Of a stretch of DNA of 64,000 nt, positions 1 through 17,626 are shown one piece after another. Within the stretch, counting starts at the first letter, position 1. Every line of letters begins with the position of its first letter. Position numbers and translations under genes: made by a program. Source of the stretch: Fimicolochytrium jonesii (lineage: Eukaryota). The DNA lies in contig NW_026515669.1 in assembly GCF_025526975.1 (NCBI RefSeq), positions 1,798,001-1,862,000 on the forward strand. Reading direction: 5' to 3'. The notes below the pieces were generated by a model. That model was not told where the DNA came from, did not search any database, and saw nothing but the letters and a program-made list of their open reading frames with translations.

Positions 1-547
1 TGACAGTGAAATTTTTACTTGTCTAAGAGCGAATGTCTAGAGCGAGATAGCAGCCGCCGCGGCGACGGTTTGCGCGAACGTTTCGCGCATGAAGGCTCAT
101 TTTCCTTGCCGTCAGGACAGTCAGGCGGACATCTCTTCTATCTCCGACCTCTCGTAGCTTCGCCTCGGAGAGTCGCCACCTTCGATTGCCAAAAATCTGA
201 TGAGTCGTGCCCCATGTCCGACCGTGAAGGATACGCTTTATCGGAGGTCCTTCGGCGTGTTTTTTGTAGGTCGGGGCTGTCGGAGTAGTTTCCCGATGTT
301 GGAATTACCCCACCGCGCAGTACGCCACTTGTGAGTATTGGGTGGCACGCACGTTCGATTTCGTCGGGAAGGGGGGCTTTCCGGGGGTGCCCATTACTTT
401 TTGTTGTATGATTCCGTTGGCTTTGCGATCCGCCCCTTTTCGGTAGCTCAGCCCAGAAAAATAGTATAAATCCCTGAGCGTTCACAGATCCCCACTCCCA
501 TTCCATCACCACGCACACCACCTCCTCCTCCTCGTACCATCACAACC

Positions 548-1157
548 ATGCGCACCCACCTCTTCCTCCTCGCCCTCCTCGCGGCCCTCGTCGCAGTCGC
601 ATCCGCCGACAAGATCGTCTTCAACGGTCTCGACTTTGACGACGGCGCCGACGACACCACCGCCGTCGCCGTCAGCGCGCGCTCGGACCTCGCCACCCGC
701 GCGCCGGGCCAATGCACGATCTTCACGGGCTTCAAGTGCGCGCTGGAGATCGCCAAGGCTGCCACATGCTTTGCTGTTACCATCATGGGTGAGTCTCACA
801 TATCCTCGTTTTCAAACCACAAACCTCCAAACACATTTCTGACCCCTTCCATCCCTTCTCTTAGCCGCCCCTGTGACCTTCGGCGCCGCGCTCGCGGCCT
901 TCACCGCCTGCTCCAGCTTCGGCCGCACCGCCGTCAGCACCTGCAAGCCGTGCTTCGACAAGCTGTTTGCGAAACTCGTCGCGCTCGCACATAAGCACAA
1001 AAAGGCGCTGCCGTGGGAGAAGAACACGCCTAAGAAGAAACTGACCATCCGCGCGCCGACTAAGGAGTCCTTGGTGGCGTGTTTGGATGATCTGGTCAAG
1101 AGCCAAGGGTTTGAGCAGGACGACGCGATGCGGTTCTGCAAATTGGGCGGATACTAA
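548..1157 (+). CDS. Small secreted cysteine-rich protein, 2 exons (548-788, 865-1157), unknown family
   Basis: Signal peptide MRTHLFLLALLAALVAVASA. A GTGAGT..TTAG intron (789-864) joins ORFs 548..994 and 873..1157 in frame. 8 Cys. Confidence 0.8.
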
Positions 1158-1889
1158 TAACCGAGGGTCGTTGGGGAGTCAATCCCCTTCCCTCGCCGTA
1201 CAACCGCCGCCCACATCCCGCCCCCAGCGCCATATGCACCATACATAGATACCCGTAAGCATCGGGACCCGTCCTCATCCGCACGATACATACACCGTCG
1301 CTATAATCTAGATTACACAATAGTCACCCCACCTGCCCCTTACACATACTGTACTTAGTTTAGATGACTCGGAGACCACCCGGAAGCTGGTTCTTCTCTA
1401 TAATGAATTGACGTTCCTGTGACATGTGTCTGCTGCACCGGGTGTTGGCCGTTCGACAACACAGCGTTCTGATCCCTACGGGCGCGGTACCTGGGGGATG
1501 AAGCGCTACTCCACCTCCCGCGTCCAACGCTACGACCGTCTTAAACGATTCGATCCGGACTGATATTCCGTTCAATCATGCTGGGTGCAGGACGATGTCG
1601 AGAAGTAAACGGTAAACGTTGCTTGGTTCATATTATTTCCTTATGCTCGCATGCCACCGGGAAGCTTATGTCCCGTTTCCAATGACGCTCTTAGGCACGC
1701 TCTATTCAGCTACAGAAACTGTGTGGATACGGTACATATACCGCGGAACTAGTATACTTCTATAATAATTGAGCGGCTCTACCGCACGCACTTCCGTCGG
1801 TCCAAAGCTATGAGCAGAAGTCTCAACCCGCTCCCAACATCTCCCCCCTCGAATCGGGTAACTGTACCCACGAACACACCTTCCACATC

Positions 1890-3566
1890 TTACCAATCCC
1901 TTCTAAGCCCGGCCGCCTTCGCCTTCATCCTCTCCACGGCCCTCTGCGCATACTCCTCCCGCACCCTCCTCTCCTCCGCCGCCTTATTCACCATCCACTT
2001 TGCATCGGACACTCCCAGCTTCGCCAGCGCGCTCATCGTCTGCCGTTTGGGCGTGACGTTCTTGTCGATGGGCGGGATGTGCAGGTACTTGGCGCGGATG
2101 GTGGGGTTGTTGACGGCGAGGACTTGGAGGAGGGAGATTAGGTTCGCGGCTATCCAGTACATGAAGACGGCCTAAGAGGAGGATGGGATGGGGATTAGTG
2201 CGGTGGGACCGGGAGGCGGAAAGGGGAAAGAAAGCACTTACCGCGGGGAGTTGGGCGGTGAAGAAGAACCCTCCGACCATGAGGGCGCGGAGAAAGTTGC
2301 GCATTCCGCTGGGCATGGGTCGGCCTCCGCTTTCGGCGCCGAGCTAAATCGGAACAACCGAACAATCAGAAGGAGGTTGGAACTTCCCATCGGTATCAAA
2401 AAAAATCCCACAACGAAGCTTATTCCGAGTAAACCCACCTCCAAAGTGGCCATCAATCCCACCACGGCAGCCAGGGGCAAAATATAAGTCGGGTCCGCCA
2501 CAGTCAAATCCGTGAACCAAAACGCACCGCCCGTCTCTAACCCGGGTACAGGCGCCGCAACCATCTTCCTAATCCCCAAGAACGCAAACAACGCCACGGG
2601 TCCTTGGATAACACCCCAAAACGGTGAGAAGAAGCTAACACCCGCGTCCTCATGCAATTTCAACAATTTCTGCCTCGTGCGGGTCTGCTCCACCATATCT
2701 TTGTTGGCGCTCGCGCGCATCATCTCGGCTTTGATCGGTTCCGTCTGCGGGGAGATGTTGTGCAGGATGGCGCCGGCGCGCAGGCCTTTTAGTGTCAGTG
2801 GGAGTAAGGCAACGCGGAGGAGGATGGTCCCGACCATTAGGCTGGCCCACCAGGGGAGGCCAGTGGTTACGTAGACGGCCTCGAAGAGTTTTTGGCACCA
2901 GCCGGAGGGTGTCCAGTTGCTTGCGAGGCCGATGAGTTTTAGGTCGCCGATGTGGGTGATGGCTGTTAGTGTTGATTGGGTTGTTGCGGTGTCGATGAGG
3001 GTTGTTGTGGTGGTGTCGAGGACGGTGGGGTCGACGATGAAGGATGGGGTTGTGCTGCTTGCGCTGAAGGCGGTGGAGGCTGCCTGGCCCGCATCTACGG
3101 TCGTTTCCACAATCGGTGAAGGCGAGGCTGGTGGTGCTGGTGATGGTGATGGTGCCGCCCCAGGTGCGGTGGCCTGTACAGTCGCTGGAGGAGGGACAGC
3201 GCCTGTCGGTGGTGTTGGTACGGGTACGACGTCAGGGGCGACGACGGCCTCTTTGGGCTTTGAGGACCAGAAATACGTTCGGGAGGAAGCCGCGAACGCT
3301 CCGGCATCGGGTGTTACATTTCGTGCGCCGAGCCCAACAAACAACAATCGAGACCGACTTTCTATCCGCTGGAGCGAGGAGACATTCCGGCTGACAACGT
3401 TGATCCGCGACGTGATGACCCTGTTGTTGAAACAAAAACGCACAGTTAGCCAAGTGCGATCGCGAGCAAGTCAGGCAATCGGCATCTACCTTTGCCCGGC
3501 TTTGGGAAACTGAGGTCCACTTTGACCCACTGCTGAGCGCAGCAGCGACACACTAGTCTTCAACAT
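1890..3566 (-). CDS. OXA1: Mitochondrial inner-membrane insertase Oxa1 (YidC/Oxa1 family), 4 exons
   Basis: TGLPWWASLMVGTILLRVALLPL, GGAFWFTDLTVADPTYILP and MYWIAANLISLLQ motifs. Introns about 3421-3489, 2344-2438 and 2172-2241. Presequence-like N-terminus. Confidence 0.9.
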
Positions 3567-4488
3567 GGCGTTCGTAGCTGTGTCCTAATTGTCACAGGTA
3601 TAAGGGGAGGTGGACGATCTCCTTCTTGAGCCGTGTGAAGGACGACTTTTTCGCCCGGTGACTTCTTGCTGTACACGCTCGCAGAATAGTCCAGGCAGGG
3701 ACGCCGCCTGTGTTCTAGCAAGCTGCTGCCGTGCTCAGGATAGGCTTCGGCTTGCGTGTCGCTAACCACGACGTTGCAACTTGCACCTTGCAAAGAAATG
3801 GCGAGTTTTTGAACTTTCCGTCGTCGCAAGATTTCGACAGTACGCTTGCAAAATGGAGCAGCCCTGTCAATGCGGGTGAATCAGCGTGTTCTCCAGTCGG
3901 AAATCATCCCATCGGCGTGTGTCATCACCTCTCCAAATTCCCGCTGCCCTTCCCCATGACCCCCCTTTCTCAACTGCCCACGCAGCCTGCCCTCGCAGAG
4001 TCTATGCGAGAAAAACATATCACCACTCCTGCACAGCACCGTCGTCTACAGCACTGCTCATAACACTCTAGGAAACCCGCACGACCCTCGCCGAAGAACA
4101 CCCCACGATTGCCTCGCTCTCCCAGGCAACGTAGATAGCGAGCTCGTAGTGCTTCAACGCAAAGTATACCACTCCTACCCAAAAAGCATACGCTGGTAGC
4201 CGACTGTATTCCGAAGTGGATTATTCAGCCTTGACACGGCGTTAGTCGATAAGCGAAACGTGGGCTCTTTTCCGTCCTTTTTTGGAGCCGGAGTTTGAGT
4301 TTTTCGCGATAACTTACCGCGGCGCCGAAAGGGACGTACGAAGCAAAGGACGTACGATTTCAAAAGGCAAAGCCGGATTCCAGTCTACGTAAGAGAACTA
4401 CCTCCCCATCGTGAAAACATACACAATCGCTAACTCCACGTCCTCCCCGAAGTCCACAAACCGCATCATCCACACCTCACCATCAAAA

Positions 4489-5125
4489 ATGGGAATCATA
4501 TTCAAACGCTACCTAGACACACCGACCCACAACAACAGCCGCATATTCGGCTGCTCGGAATGCAAGACGCATATGGCGACTACCGAGGATATCGTGTCAA
4601 AGGTGTGTACACATACTTTGAATTTTTGTTTGCGATTGGGATTGGGATTGATTCCTTTTGGGCTTTTGGTTTCAGGCGTTTCAGGGAACGACCGGGCGGG
4701 CGTATCTTTTGCAGAGTGTGTAAGCAACACCTCCCAGTAATGGTTTCTCTTCGGTGTTTGCTCTATCCTAAAGCATCTCATAGGGTGAACGTGATTGAAG
4801 GCGATCTACGAACAGCAACCATGACCACAGGCGTCCACACCGTCAAGGACATTTTCTGCACCGCGTGTCAGACGCTTGTCGGGTATGTGACTATCGCTTA
4901 ATGCATCTATGGACCCGCGAACCCATCTGCTGATACCGACGTTTCGTATCCCCACTCATCAGATGGAAATACGTGAGTCCCATCCTCGCTACGACGCTGA
5001 TGACGCGCTAGATCTTCCCAACTGACAGCTATCAATCCCATCAGGAACACGCACACGAAGACAGCCAAAAATACAAAGAAGGCAAATTCATCCTCGAGCG
5101 GCAACTCGTCTGCGAAGTCATATGA
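4489..5125 (+). CDS. Yippee-like (YPEL/Moh1) zinc-binding protein, multi-exon
   Basis: FGCSECKTH, MTTGVHTVKDIFCTAC..VGWKY and SQKYKEGKFILER. Includes a 10-nt exon at 4963-4972. Confidence 0.9.
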
Positions 5126-5754
5126 TGCTTTTCCTTTCATCAGTTATCATCTCCGTACGACCCCCGACTGTTCTCTCCCCTTTCGCCATCTCATTCACGC
5201 CTTCTCCACTCTCAGTTTTGTTTATTGTTTTGTTTTGTAGTTACGCACGCCAGTTTTGCTCGTATGGGAAGGCTACTGTACTGGCCTTTCTTTTCGCTGA
5301 TCCCCGTACTCTCCGATCAGCAGTTTTTGTTTGATATGAAATCTAAGTTTTCTGGTTTATCTTGTGAGCGGTATGAGGTTATGCGCTGGTTCGTAGATAC
5401 ATTCTCTTCACGGAACCCCATTGAAATATGCCATCCAGGCCTGTTGCAGTAAAGAAACAACTCTATTTGAAGCATCGAGTACATTAGGGATCTGCACAGA
5501 TATGGGGGACAAGAGACGGTGACGAGGTGCATCGCTCTTAAAAAAAGAGGAGGTGAACGGAGAGACACGCCACGGAGAGTTTCGGTTTAAAAAGATGTCT
5601 TTTTTGCTTTTTCTTTGTGAATGGAGGGGGGGTACCACGATGATAAACAAGGGTGGGAAACAGAGAGTTTCCTCCACATCTTCACACATCACGGACTCCC
5701 CATCTCAAACATTTCCACCATTTCCGTTGTACATCAAATCTGCAATTTCCCCAT

Positions 5755-6561
<807 letters not shown>

Positions 6562-7395
6562 TTACTGAGTGGGTAAATCGGGGAGTTCGTTGCTTTGTTG
6601 GGTTAGACGGAATGGGTTGTAGACGGACGGTGGGAGGGAGTCCGAGCTGTGAAGGAAATACGAGATGGGTATTGAGGATTAGTGAGGTGCGGTGGGAATG
6701 CGAACGCGGAGATTTTGAGCGTTTGGCGGAGATGTGCATAGCAATCGCGAAGGGGCAATCCTATCGTTAAAACGAAGTGCCTTGGCGCCGGAGCTCCAAG
6801 AATCATAACCTCCTTCCTGTCCTCCAGCGGTTGCCCCGCTCGCGCCTCCCCAGCGATGCTGTCCTAGCCGAGCGTTCCGCACATACATACCTGTGTGTTT
6901 GGGGTTTGCAGATTAAGATTGCAGAATGCGAAGGAGGGTTTATTGGCGGCGGGTCTTCTGGGCGTTCCTAGCGAGCCGCAAACGCAATGAATGGTACTGT
7001 AAACAGATGGAGGAATAAGTCACCGCCCTGCCGCCGCCGTCCTGCGCATGTGGTGGAATGCTGTGACTTCTTGTTCCCTAGTCCCTTAGTGCCAGAATCT
7101 GTTGATGATGACGGACGTGGCGGCTGGGAGGCTTATGTGGCGCGTTGTCACTTGTGTGTCATGACTTGCCACGCTTCTTGAACTTGGAGTTTGCCGTCCA
7201 CGTTGACTGTTTGCAACTTGCAACGTTTGGGCCCATCACGACTCCAAAGACCCATTTTCCCACGCAATTACCACTGCTCCTTTCGAAGTAAAAGAACCCA
7301 TTCCAATCTCAGCAGCGGCAGGCCCTCCCTTTATCTCCCTTATCAAAACCCACAGCACCTCGCTCTTCGAACCATCACCGACACATACCCCCAAG

Positions 7396-10820
<3,425 letters not shown>

Positions 10821-11528
10821 GCGATGGGAATAGGCATTTTTTGTGACGCATGCTCTTGCGAGATAATCAGACTCGTTGTAGCGCCTCTGTGGATCTTTTT
10901 TTGTTATGAACATTTGCATTTTCTGTAACTTGTGCTTGAGAAGCCATTTTTTCTAGCTATCTATGTTGCATTGACTGAACACGTGTGGATTATACTCTCA
11001 GCTCCACTCTCCGTCGCCCACCCCAGGGCGAACGTGTGGTAGATGGGGATCACATAATTGGCACGAGCCCTCCTAACATTGAATCCCTGACTCGGGATAC
11101 CACTAAGACGCAGGCCTGGACGTTCCCCATCGGTTGATTGGGCGGCATAGCGTGCGGCTGAGAATAAACACGATGCGAGGGAATGTGTCGATGTCCGTGG
11201 CGAATTGTCGGTATTGATCCCCCCACATGAAATCACCAAGGGCCCGACTGGTGGGGCATCAGCTGCCCAGCGTCTTAGTCTGCGATCTGCGCCGACGATA
11301 TCCGCGGTCTGACCACTTCAGATGTCGGTTCGCACGTTTTGAACCCACCCGGTGTTCGGTCGGGTACTTGCAGCTACGCCGACCTCTGTACGTCCCCAGC
11401 CGACTATACGGGCCTGCGATATGTAATCGGCCTGAGGGGCGGGGTTGCGTCCTCTACCATGAATTGCAGGACTAATCGAGGTCGCATTTTGATGATATAC
11501 GAGCCCCTACAATGCTTGCGATGTGCCC

Positions 11529-12128
11529 TCAGGGAACCTGCTCCGCGCCCGGTCCGTCAACGTACAGCGACTTGCTCGCATCAGCAGGGAGATGCCTCGC
11601 ACGCCCGCAATCCCTGCATGTCGTTTTCACGCCTTTCGTTCCCGCCTTGACTACAAAACAACCCGGAAAGTCAACAACACCAAACCAATACGTTCAGCAC
11701 AGCAACGAGCGAAATCCCTCACCGGCAGACTTAACATCAGCATTAACCCCAACAACCAACACAGTCCTACAATACTTGCAAAACGTCCGCTTAACCGCCG
11801 GATGCGACCTCAACACCAGTTTCTTCTGCACCACGTGGTACGTCTGCGCGTAGAACCGGGCGAGAGGTCTCATATCTCCCCCTCCCTTCCCTTTCCCTCT
11901 CGCCTGCTTTGGTGCTGACTCTACTGTCGAAGTGGAGTCCGGTGCCAAGGTGACATCCGGCGAGGAAGGGGAATGGGAGAGGGGGGCGGTGTTCATGAGC
12001 AGTGCGGCCTGGTAGAGGAAGTTCATGCGCTGGTAGGCTTCGCGGTTCTCGACTTTTGCGGGGTTGGATTGATCATTGCGGCCTCCCCCGCCTCGTTTTT
12101 TGCCGCGCTGGTTGTTATCTCGACCCAT
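11529..12128 (-). CDS. RPR2: RNase P subunit Rpr2/Rpp21, 2 exons (12128-11723, 11650-11529)
   Basis: RMNFLYQAA and KRTFCKYC. The spliced second exon supplies the second CxxC (TCRDCG). Confidence 0.85.
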
Positions 12129-12401
12129 TGTTATAGGGCGAATTTACTGAAGGATGGGTCGAAGGTCCAGTGGCGGGGTAGCTGCGTTTGGTGAAGCTCT
12201 TGATCTATACAGAGAGTGGGCTGTCCTTTCAGCCTTTTGCGGCTTGCGGCTGGCGTCATGGGAAAAGACACGTCCCGCTCAAAGCTGCTCAAAGCGCCCA
12301 AAAACACAATATGCCCGCCCGTCGGACTTTGACTTGCCTCCAATCTTGACCTTCAAATCCATCCTCAACTCATACACACCGAGAAGCCCACTCTCGCAAC
12401 C

Positions 12402-14933
12402 ATGCTAGACGCAGTAACAGTCCTTACAAAAGGCGGCCTAGTCCTCTGGTCCAAAGTCTACTCCCCGCTCACCAAGGGCCCCGCCGCTAACCCGATCGAC
12501 AGCCTCGTCCGCACCGTCTTTATCGAGGAGAACCCGACTACGAACGCTGACGAGGGGTTTACAAAGGACGCTTATCAGATCAAATGGACTTTTGCTAATG
12601 ATTTGGGGTTGGTTTTTGTGGTATGTCTGGCGCGAAGGAGTGGGATGGGTTTGTGACGTGCTTCATGAGGGGGGGCAAGATGCCCGGCGGCGAGCCAGGG
12701 CGCTAGCTAGGGCGTTTGGTTCGGTCCGGGAGTCGGACCGTTAGGGAGGGCGAACGCCTTTGCGCCAAAGGCGCAATGCTCCTCTCACCGCGGTTTTTAG
12801 CAAGCACCGGCGAGCGTTGGGTCTTTGCGAGGGAAGCGAGCTACGCTCCGCCCGCCACATTCTTGTCGCGAGCGGCGCGATCAGAGTATCGTTTCAATTG
12901 TCCGCTCCAATCACCCTTCCACCGCATCGCTCAGCCTCACCTTCACTGACATGGATTCTATATGTTCTCTTACGAAGATCGTGTATCAGAAGATCCTCCA
13001 GCTCGCCTACATCGACGAACTCCTTGAAGGCTTCAAACGTCTGTTCTGCCAGGCGTTCGCTGATGAGATCAGGGACTCAACCGCATTGCACGACTATGAC
13101 TTGTTTGACGATAACTTTGAGACATTGTTACATGCGTTGGAAGCAGAGGATAAAATGGTGAGAGATGCATGGATAATGGAGGGGCACAGGCGCAAAGGCA
13201 CTGACTGCTGATTCTCATGGATGCAGAAACAGAAAAGGAAAGCCCCTCGCAAATTCGAACAGACCAAAGCGTATCAGACAACACTGGCCGCCCAATCCGA
13301 CACGGGCAAAGCGGACGCGACTGGGGACAAGGGTGCGGGGTCAAGACCCGCCGTGATGGAACGCGTAGACACACTCGATGAGAAGCTTATGGCTCTTGGG
13401 TTAGGGACTCGTAAAGGTGGGAAGGCCGCGAGACGCAAGCCTGGAAGCAAGTCGGGGTCGGGAGGGAAGAATAGTAGTGCTGTGAGCAGTGAGGGGTCGC
13501 CGGCGCCCAAGTAAGTACCGGATCCGAGATTGTGGTCTCATCGATGAAGTTCAGAGCATGGCAGCCGTCGACTGATGCCGTTTTGTTTTCGCTCGAGTAG
13601 CCGGTCGCCTAAACCGCAACGAACCTGGGTGAATGGAATCGCGGGAACGGCGTCATCGGAAAGCCTGGATTACAGCGACAGCAAGGCGGAGGATGCTGTC
13701 GCGTCAACGTCCGATTTGGTTGGAACTCACCTCGGAACGCGCGGTGCAGACGGCCTCTATGACGCCGCAGAAATGGACGGCCAAGACTCTGACTCCGAAG
13801 AAGACATCGACGAAACCTCCACGCCCCTCTCAACCCCCACCCGCGGCCTCTTCTCCTTCTTCCAAAACCTCACCGCCTCCCGCAAACTCACCCGCGAAGA
13901 CCTCGACCCCGTCATGACCAAAATGCGCGAGCACATGATCACCAAAAACGTCGCTTCCGACGTCGCCGACCACCTCTGCACCTCTGTCATGCAAGAGTTA
14001 ACAGGGAAGGAAATCGGCCGCTTCACCTCCCTCACAAAAACAATCAAACAAAACCTCGAACAATCCGTCCGCAAAATCCTCACCCCGAAAACTTCCACCG
14101 ACCTCCTCCGCGATATCATGGTCGCCAAACAGGCCAACCGCCCATACACCATCACATTCGTCGGCGTCAACGGCGTCGGGAAATCAACCAACCTGTCTAA
14201 AATATGCTTCTGGCTTGTCAAGAACGACTTGAAGGTCCTCATCGCCGCCTGCGATACCTTCCGATCAGGCGCGGTTGAGCAGTTACGTGTTCATCAACGG
14301 AATTTGACCGCTGTCCAGCCCGGCGCGGTAGTAGAGTTGTTTGATAGAGGGTATGGCAAAGACCCAGCGGGGATCGCGAAAGATGCGATTGGGTATGCGG
14401 CGAATAAGGGGTTTGATGTCGTGCTTGTGGATACGGCGGGGAGGATGCAGGATAATGAGCCGTTGATGAGGGCTTTGGCTAAGGTACCGTTTCACATACC
14501 CCGCTCTTATCATCACCCACCCCAACATCCCTACTCATCCTCCAAACTTGCTTCAGCTGGTAACACTCAACAACCCCGACAAAATAATCTTCGTCGGCGA
14601 AGCCCTCGTCGGCAACGAAGCAGTCGACCAGTTGACCAAATTCAACCAAGCCCTCAAAGATTTCAGCGGCGTGCGTGACCCGCGACAGATCGATGGGATC
14701 GTGCTTTCGAAATTCGACACGATTGACGATAAGGTAACAAAGAACACCCCTAATGATACACCCCTATGATACACTGGATTGATTTATTTTTGCGTTTTCA
14801 ATAGGTGGGAGCGGCATTGAGCATGACGCATATAACGGGCCAGCCGATTTTGTTTGTGGGGACCGGGCAGACGTATACGGATTTGAGGCGGATGAATGTG
14901 AGGAGTATTGTTGGGAGCTTGTTGGCTAAGTAG
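12402..14933 (+). CDS. SRP101: Signal recognition particle receptor alpha subunit, multi-exon
   Basis: SRX-type N-terminus [75 protein letters not shown]. Confidence 0.96.
12700..12897 (+). repeat. Intronic dispersed element, copy 2 (SRP101 intron 1, 12621-12977)
   Basis: Perfect hairpin TTGCGCC-AAA-GGCGCAA at 12760-12776. A ~90 nt block is colinear with 48687-48776. Confidence 0.8.
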
Positions 14934-15313
14934 TGATGTAGGACGGGAGGAGTTTCTGGATGGGGAGCTGTACTTCTGTTCAATGAGGATTGAATGAAAG
15001 GGTGTATTGGGATTGATATGGAAAGTGAGATGCCTGAAAGTGGCATATGCACAGATATGCATGTCATCGAATTACGCGGCACTGCGGCTTTCCCGAGTTT
15101 CGCACTTCAAGAGATCTGCAAAACCAACGCACACTGTACTGTAACATCCACTACTGACTCACGGCGGAGTCTTCCGTCGACGACTGCACAGGAGCCCTTC
15201 CTCTCCCCGCCAACAAGCTCCGCGACTATCCGCATTTGTGATCATAGAGTGGAACAGGGTCAAGCCACGCTTCAATTCCCAGCACATACTCCTCCAAGAT
15301 GTACCCCGAGTCA

Positions 15314-17461
15314 ATGAGCCTGCACCTGACAGGTGAGAGTCCGAAACGGCAACCGGGTGGCAAAACCTGCAGCAACAAAGTTCATTCCCGCCCTTTTAAT
15401 TCCCTACGTTTGGCTCACACCCATTTCCTCCGCCCCCCTACAGGCCGAAAATACTACGAAATTCTCAGCCGCGAACTGAACCACCCCATCGACAGCGCCG
15501 AATTTGCCGCCGCCCTGGACGCCCGGGACCCGTTACGACATCTCCGGAGTCAGTTCCATATACCGCTGCGGAGGGATTGTGTGCCGGAGGGGCAGACAGG
15601 TACTGCGGGCGGGAAAGATTTACGGGGACGGGGAACGTGATGATGGTGGATATTGATGGGGTCTTTGGGGGGTGCAGAGACTGAAGACCCGGATGCGGAA
15701 GCGATATACCTATGTGGGAACTCGTTGGGGTTGCAGCCGAAGCATACGCGGAAGCTGGTGGATGAGGAGTTGGATGTGTGGGCTACCCTGTGAGTATCTT
15801 CCGGGGTGGGAAATGTTTGCTGAGGAAAGGGATGGCAAGATTGGGACCCGAAGCTGATGAAGGGGGCAACAGAGGCGTACAGGGCCACTTCCGCCACCCC
15901 GAGAACCGCGAGTGGGTCACGATTGACGACCATGTTGTTGAGGAGAGCGCCAAAGTCGTCGGTAGGTGTGCGGGGTAACTCCGAGCGAGGACGATGCAAA
16001 CGAAGACCGGGGGGGCGGGAACTCACTGCGGGGAATTCGGTCTTGATGGGGCAGGCGCGAAACCAAGCGAAGTGGCCATCATGAACAGCCTGACCGTCAA
16101 CCTCCACTTCCTCATGGTCTCATTCTACCGCCCCACGCAACAACGGTACAAGATCCTGATGGAGAGCAAATCGTTCCCGTCCGACTACGTACGCTTCCTT
16201 CATTTCAGTCCCCCCGGTGGTATGCGACTCCACTTCCTCAACAATCTGTCCCCCCCTGAAATGTAGTACGCGATCGAATCCCAAGTCAAACACCACAACT
16301 TCCCCCCCTCCACCGCCATCATCCAGCTCTCCCCGCGCGAAGGGGAGCATACCCTCCGCACGCAGGACATTGTCGACGCGATCGAACGCGAGGGCGAGAG
16401 CATCGCGTTGGTGATGTTTAGTGGCGTGCAGTATTATACGGGGCAGTTTTTTGACTTGCATGCGATCACGAGCGCCGCGAAGGCGAAGGTGCGGGTGGCG
16501 GGCCATTTTGAGTGTGCGTGGGAGGGTGGAGATGTGCTAATGAAGCGGGCGTTCTTTTTTTTCTGGGGGTAGGGATGTGTGGTTGGATATGACCTTGCGC
16601 ACGCGGCGGGGAACGTGCCGTTGAAGTTGCATGATTGGGGTGTGGACTTTGCGTGTTGGGTAAGGAACAAACGGGGGGGGGGGGGGGGGGGGGGGGGGAA
16701 GTTGTTACGCGTTGAGAGGGAGACGGAAAACTGATTCATGGGTATGGGTGTGGTTTGTTCAGTGCACGTACAAGTACCTCAACGCAGGACCCGGCGGTAT
16801 CGGCGGGGCCTTTGTGCACGAGCGCCACGCCAGAGCCGATATCCCAAGGTAAACGCACTACGTTCAGCAAACTCCCCTCGCGAAATATCAGGCAAGCTAA
16901 ACATACAGCTCCTCCTCTCTCTGTTCAAAACCCAGACTGGCGGGCTGGTGGGGCACGGACCCGGCGACGAAATTCGACATGTCGCACACGTTCGCCCCGA
17001 TCCCGTCCGCGCTCTCCTTCCGCGTCTCCAACCCCTCCGTCCTCGCCACCGTCTCCCTCCTCGGCTCCCTCCGCGTCTTCGCTCAAACCACCATGGAGGA
17101 CATCCGCGCCAAATCCGTCCTGCTGACCGGATACCTCGAGGTCCTCCTCGACGCGCTGGACTCGGACAGGTTCACGCAGCTGACGCCCCGCGACCCCGCT
17201 GCACGCGGGTGTCAGCTGAGTCTGCTGTTCAGAGAGGAGGGCGTGATGATGAAGGTGTTTGAGGCGCTGTGCAGGCAGGCGGTGATTGTGGACGAGCGCA
17301 AACCGGACGTGGTGAGGGTCAGCCCCGCGCCGTTGTATAACACGTACGCGGAGGTGTGGAGGTTTGTGAGGGCTTTCAGGGGCGCGTTGGAGACGGTGAG
17401 CGTGGGCGGGGATGCGGTGGATGCGGAGGGGCATGCGGAGAAGGGGTTTGTGACTTTGTAG
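15314..17461 (+). CDS. BNA5: Kynureninase (PLP-dependent), multi-exon
   Basis: [60 protein letters not shown] and RGCQLSL. An alternative upstream ATG exists at 15299. Confidence 0.95.
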
Positions 17462-17626
17462 AGTGGGCGGTTCGGCGCAAACGGGATCGTCCATGTAGGA
17501 TATAACGATATACGGCCTCTAGATTCTATGCTTCGTCCTCAGATTTCTGATACTCTACGCTTTTCCCTGTACACTAGATTACCCGGCTACTATATACATA
17601 CGCGCTCCTATCGTTCATCCTAGTCT

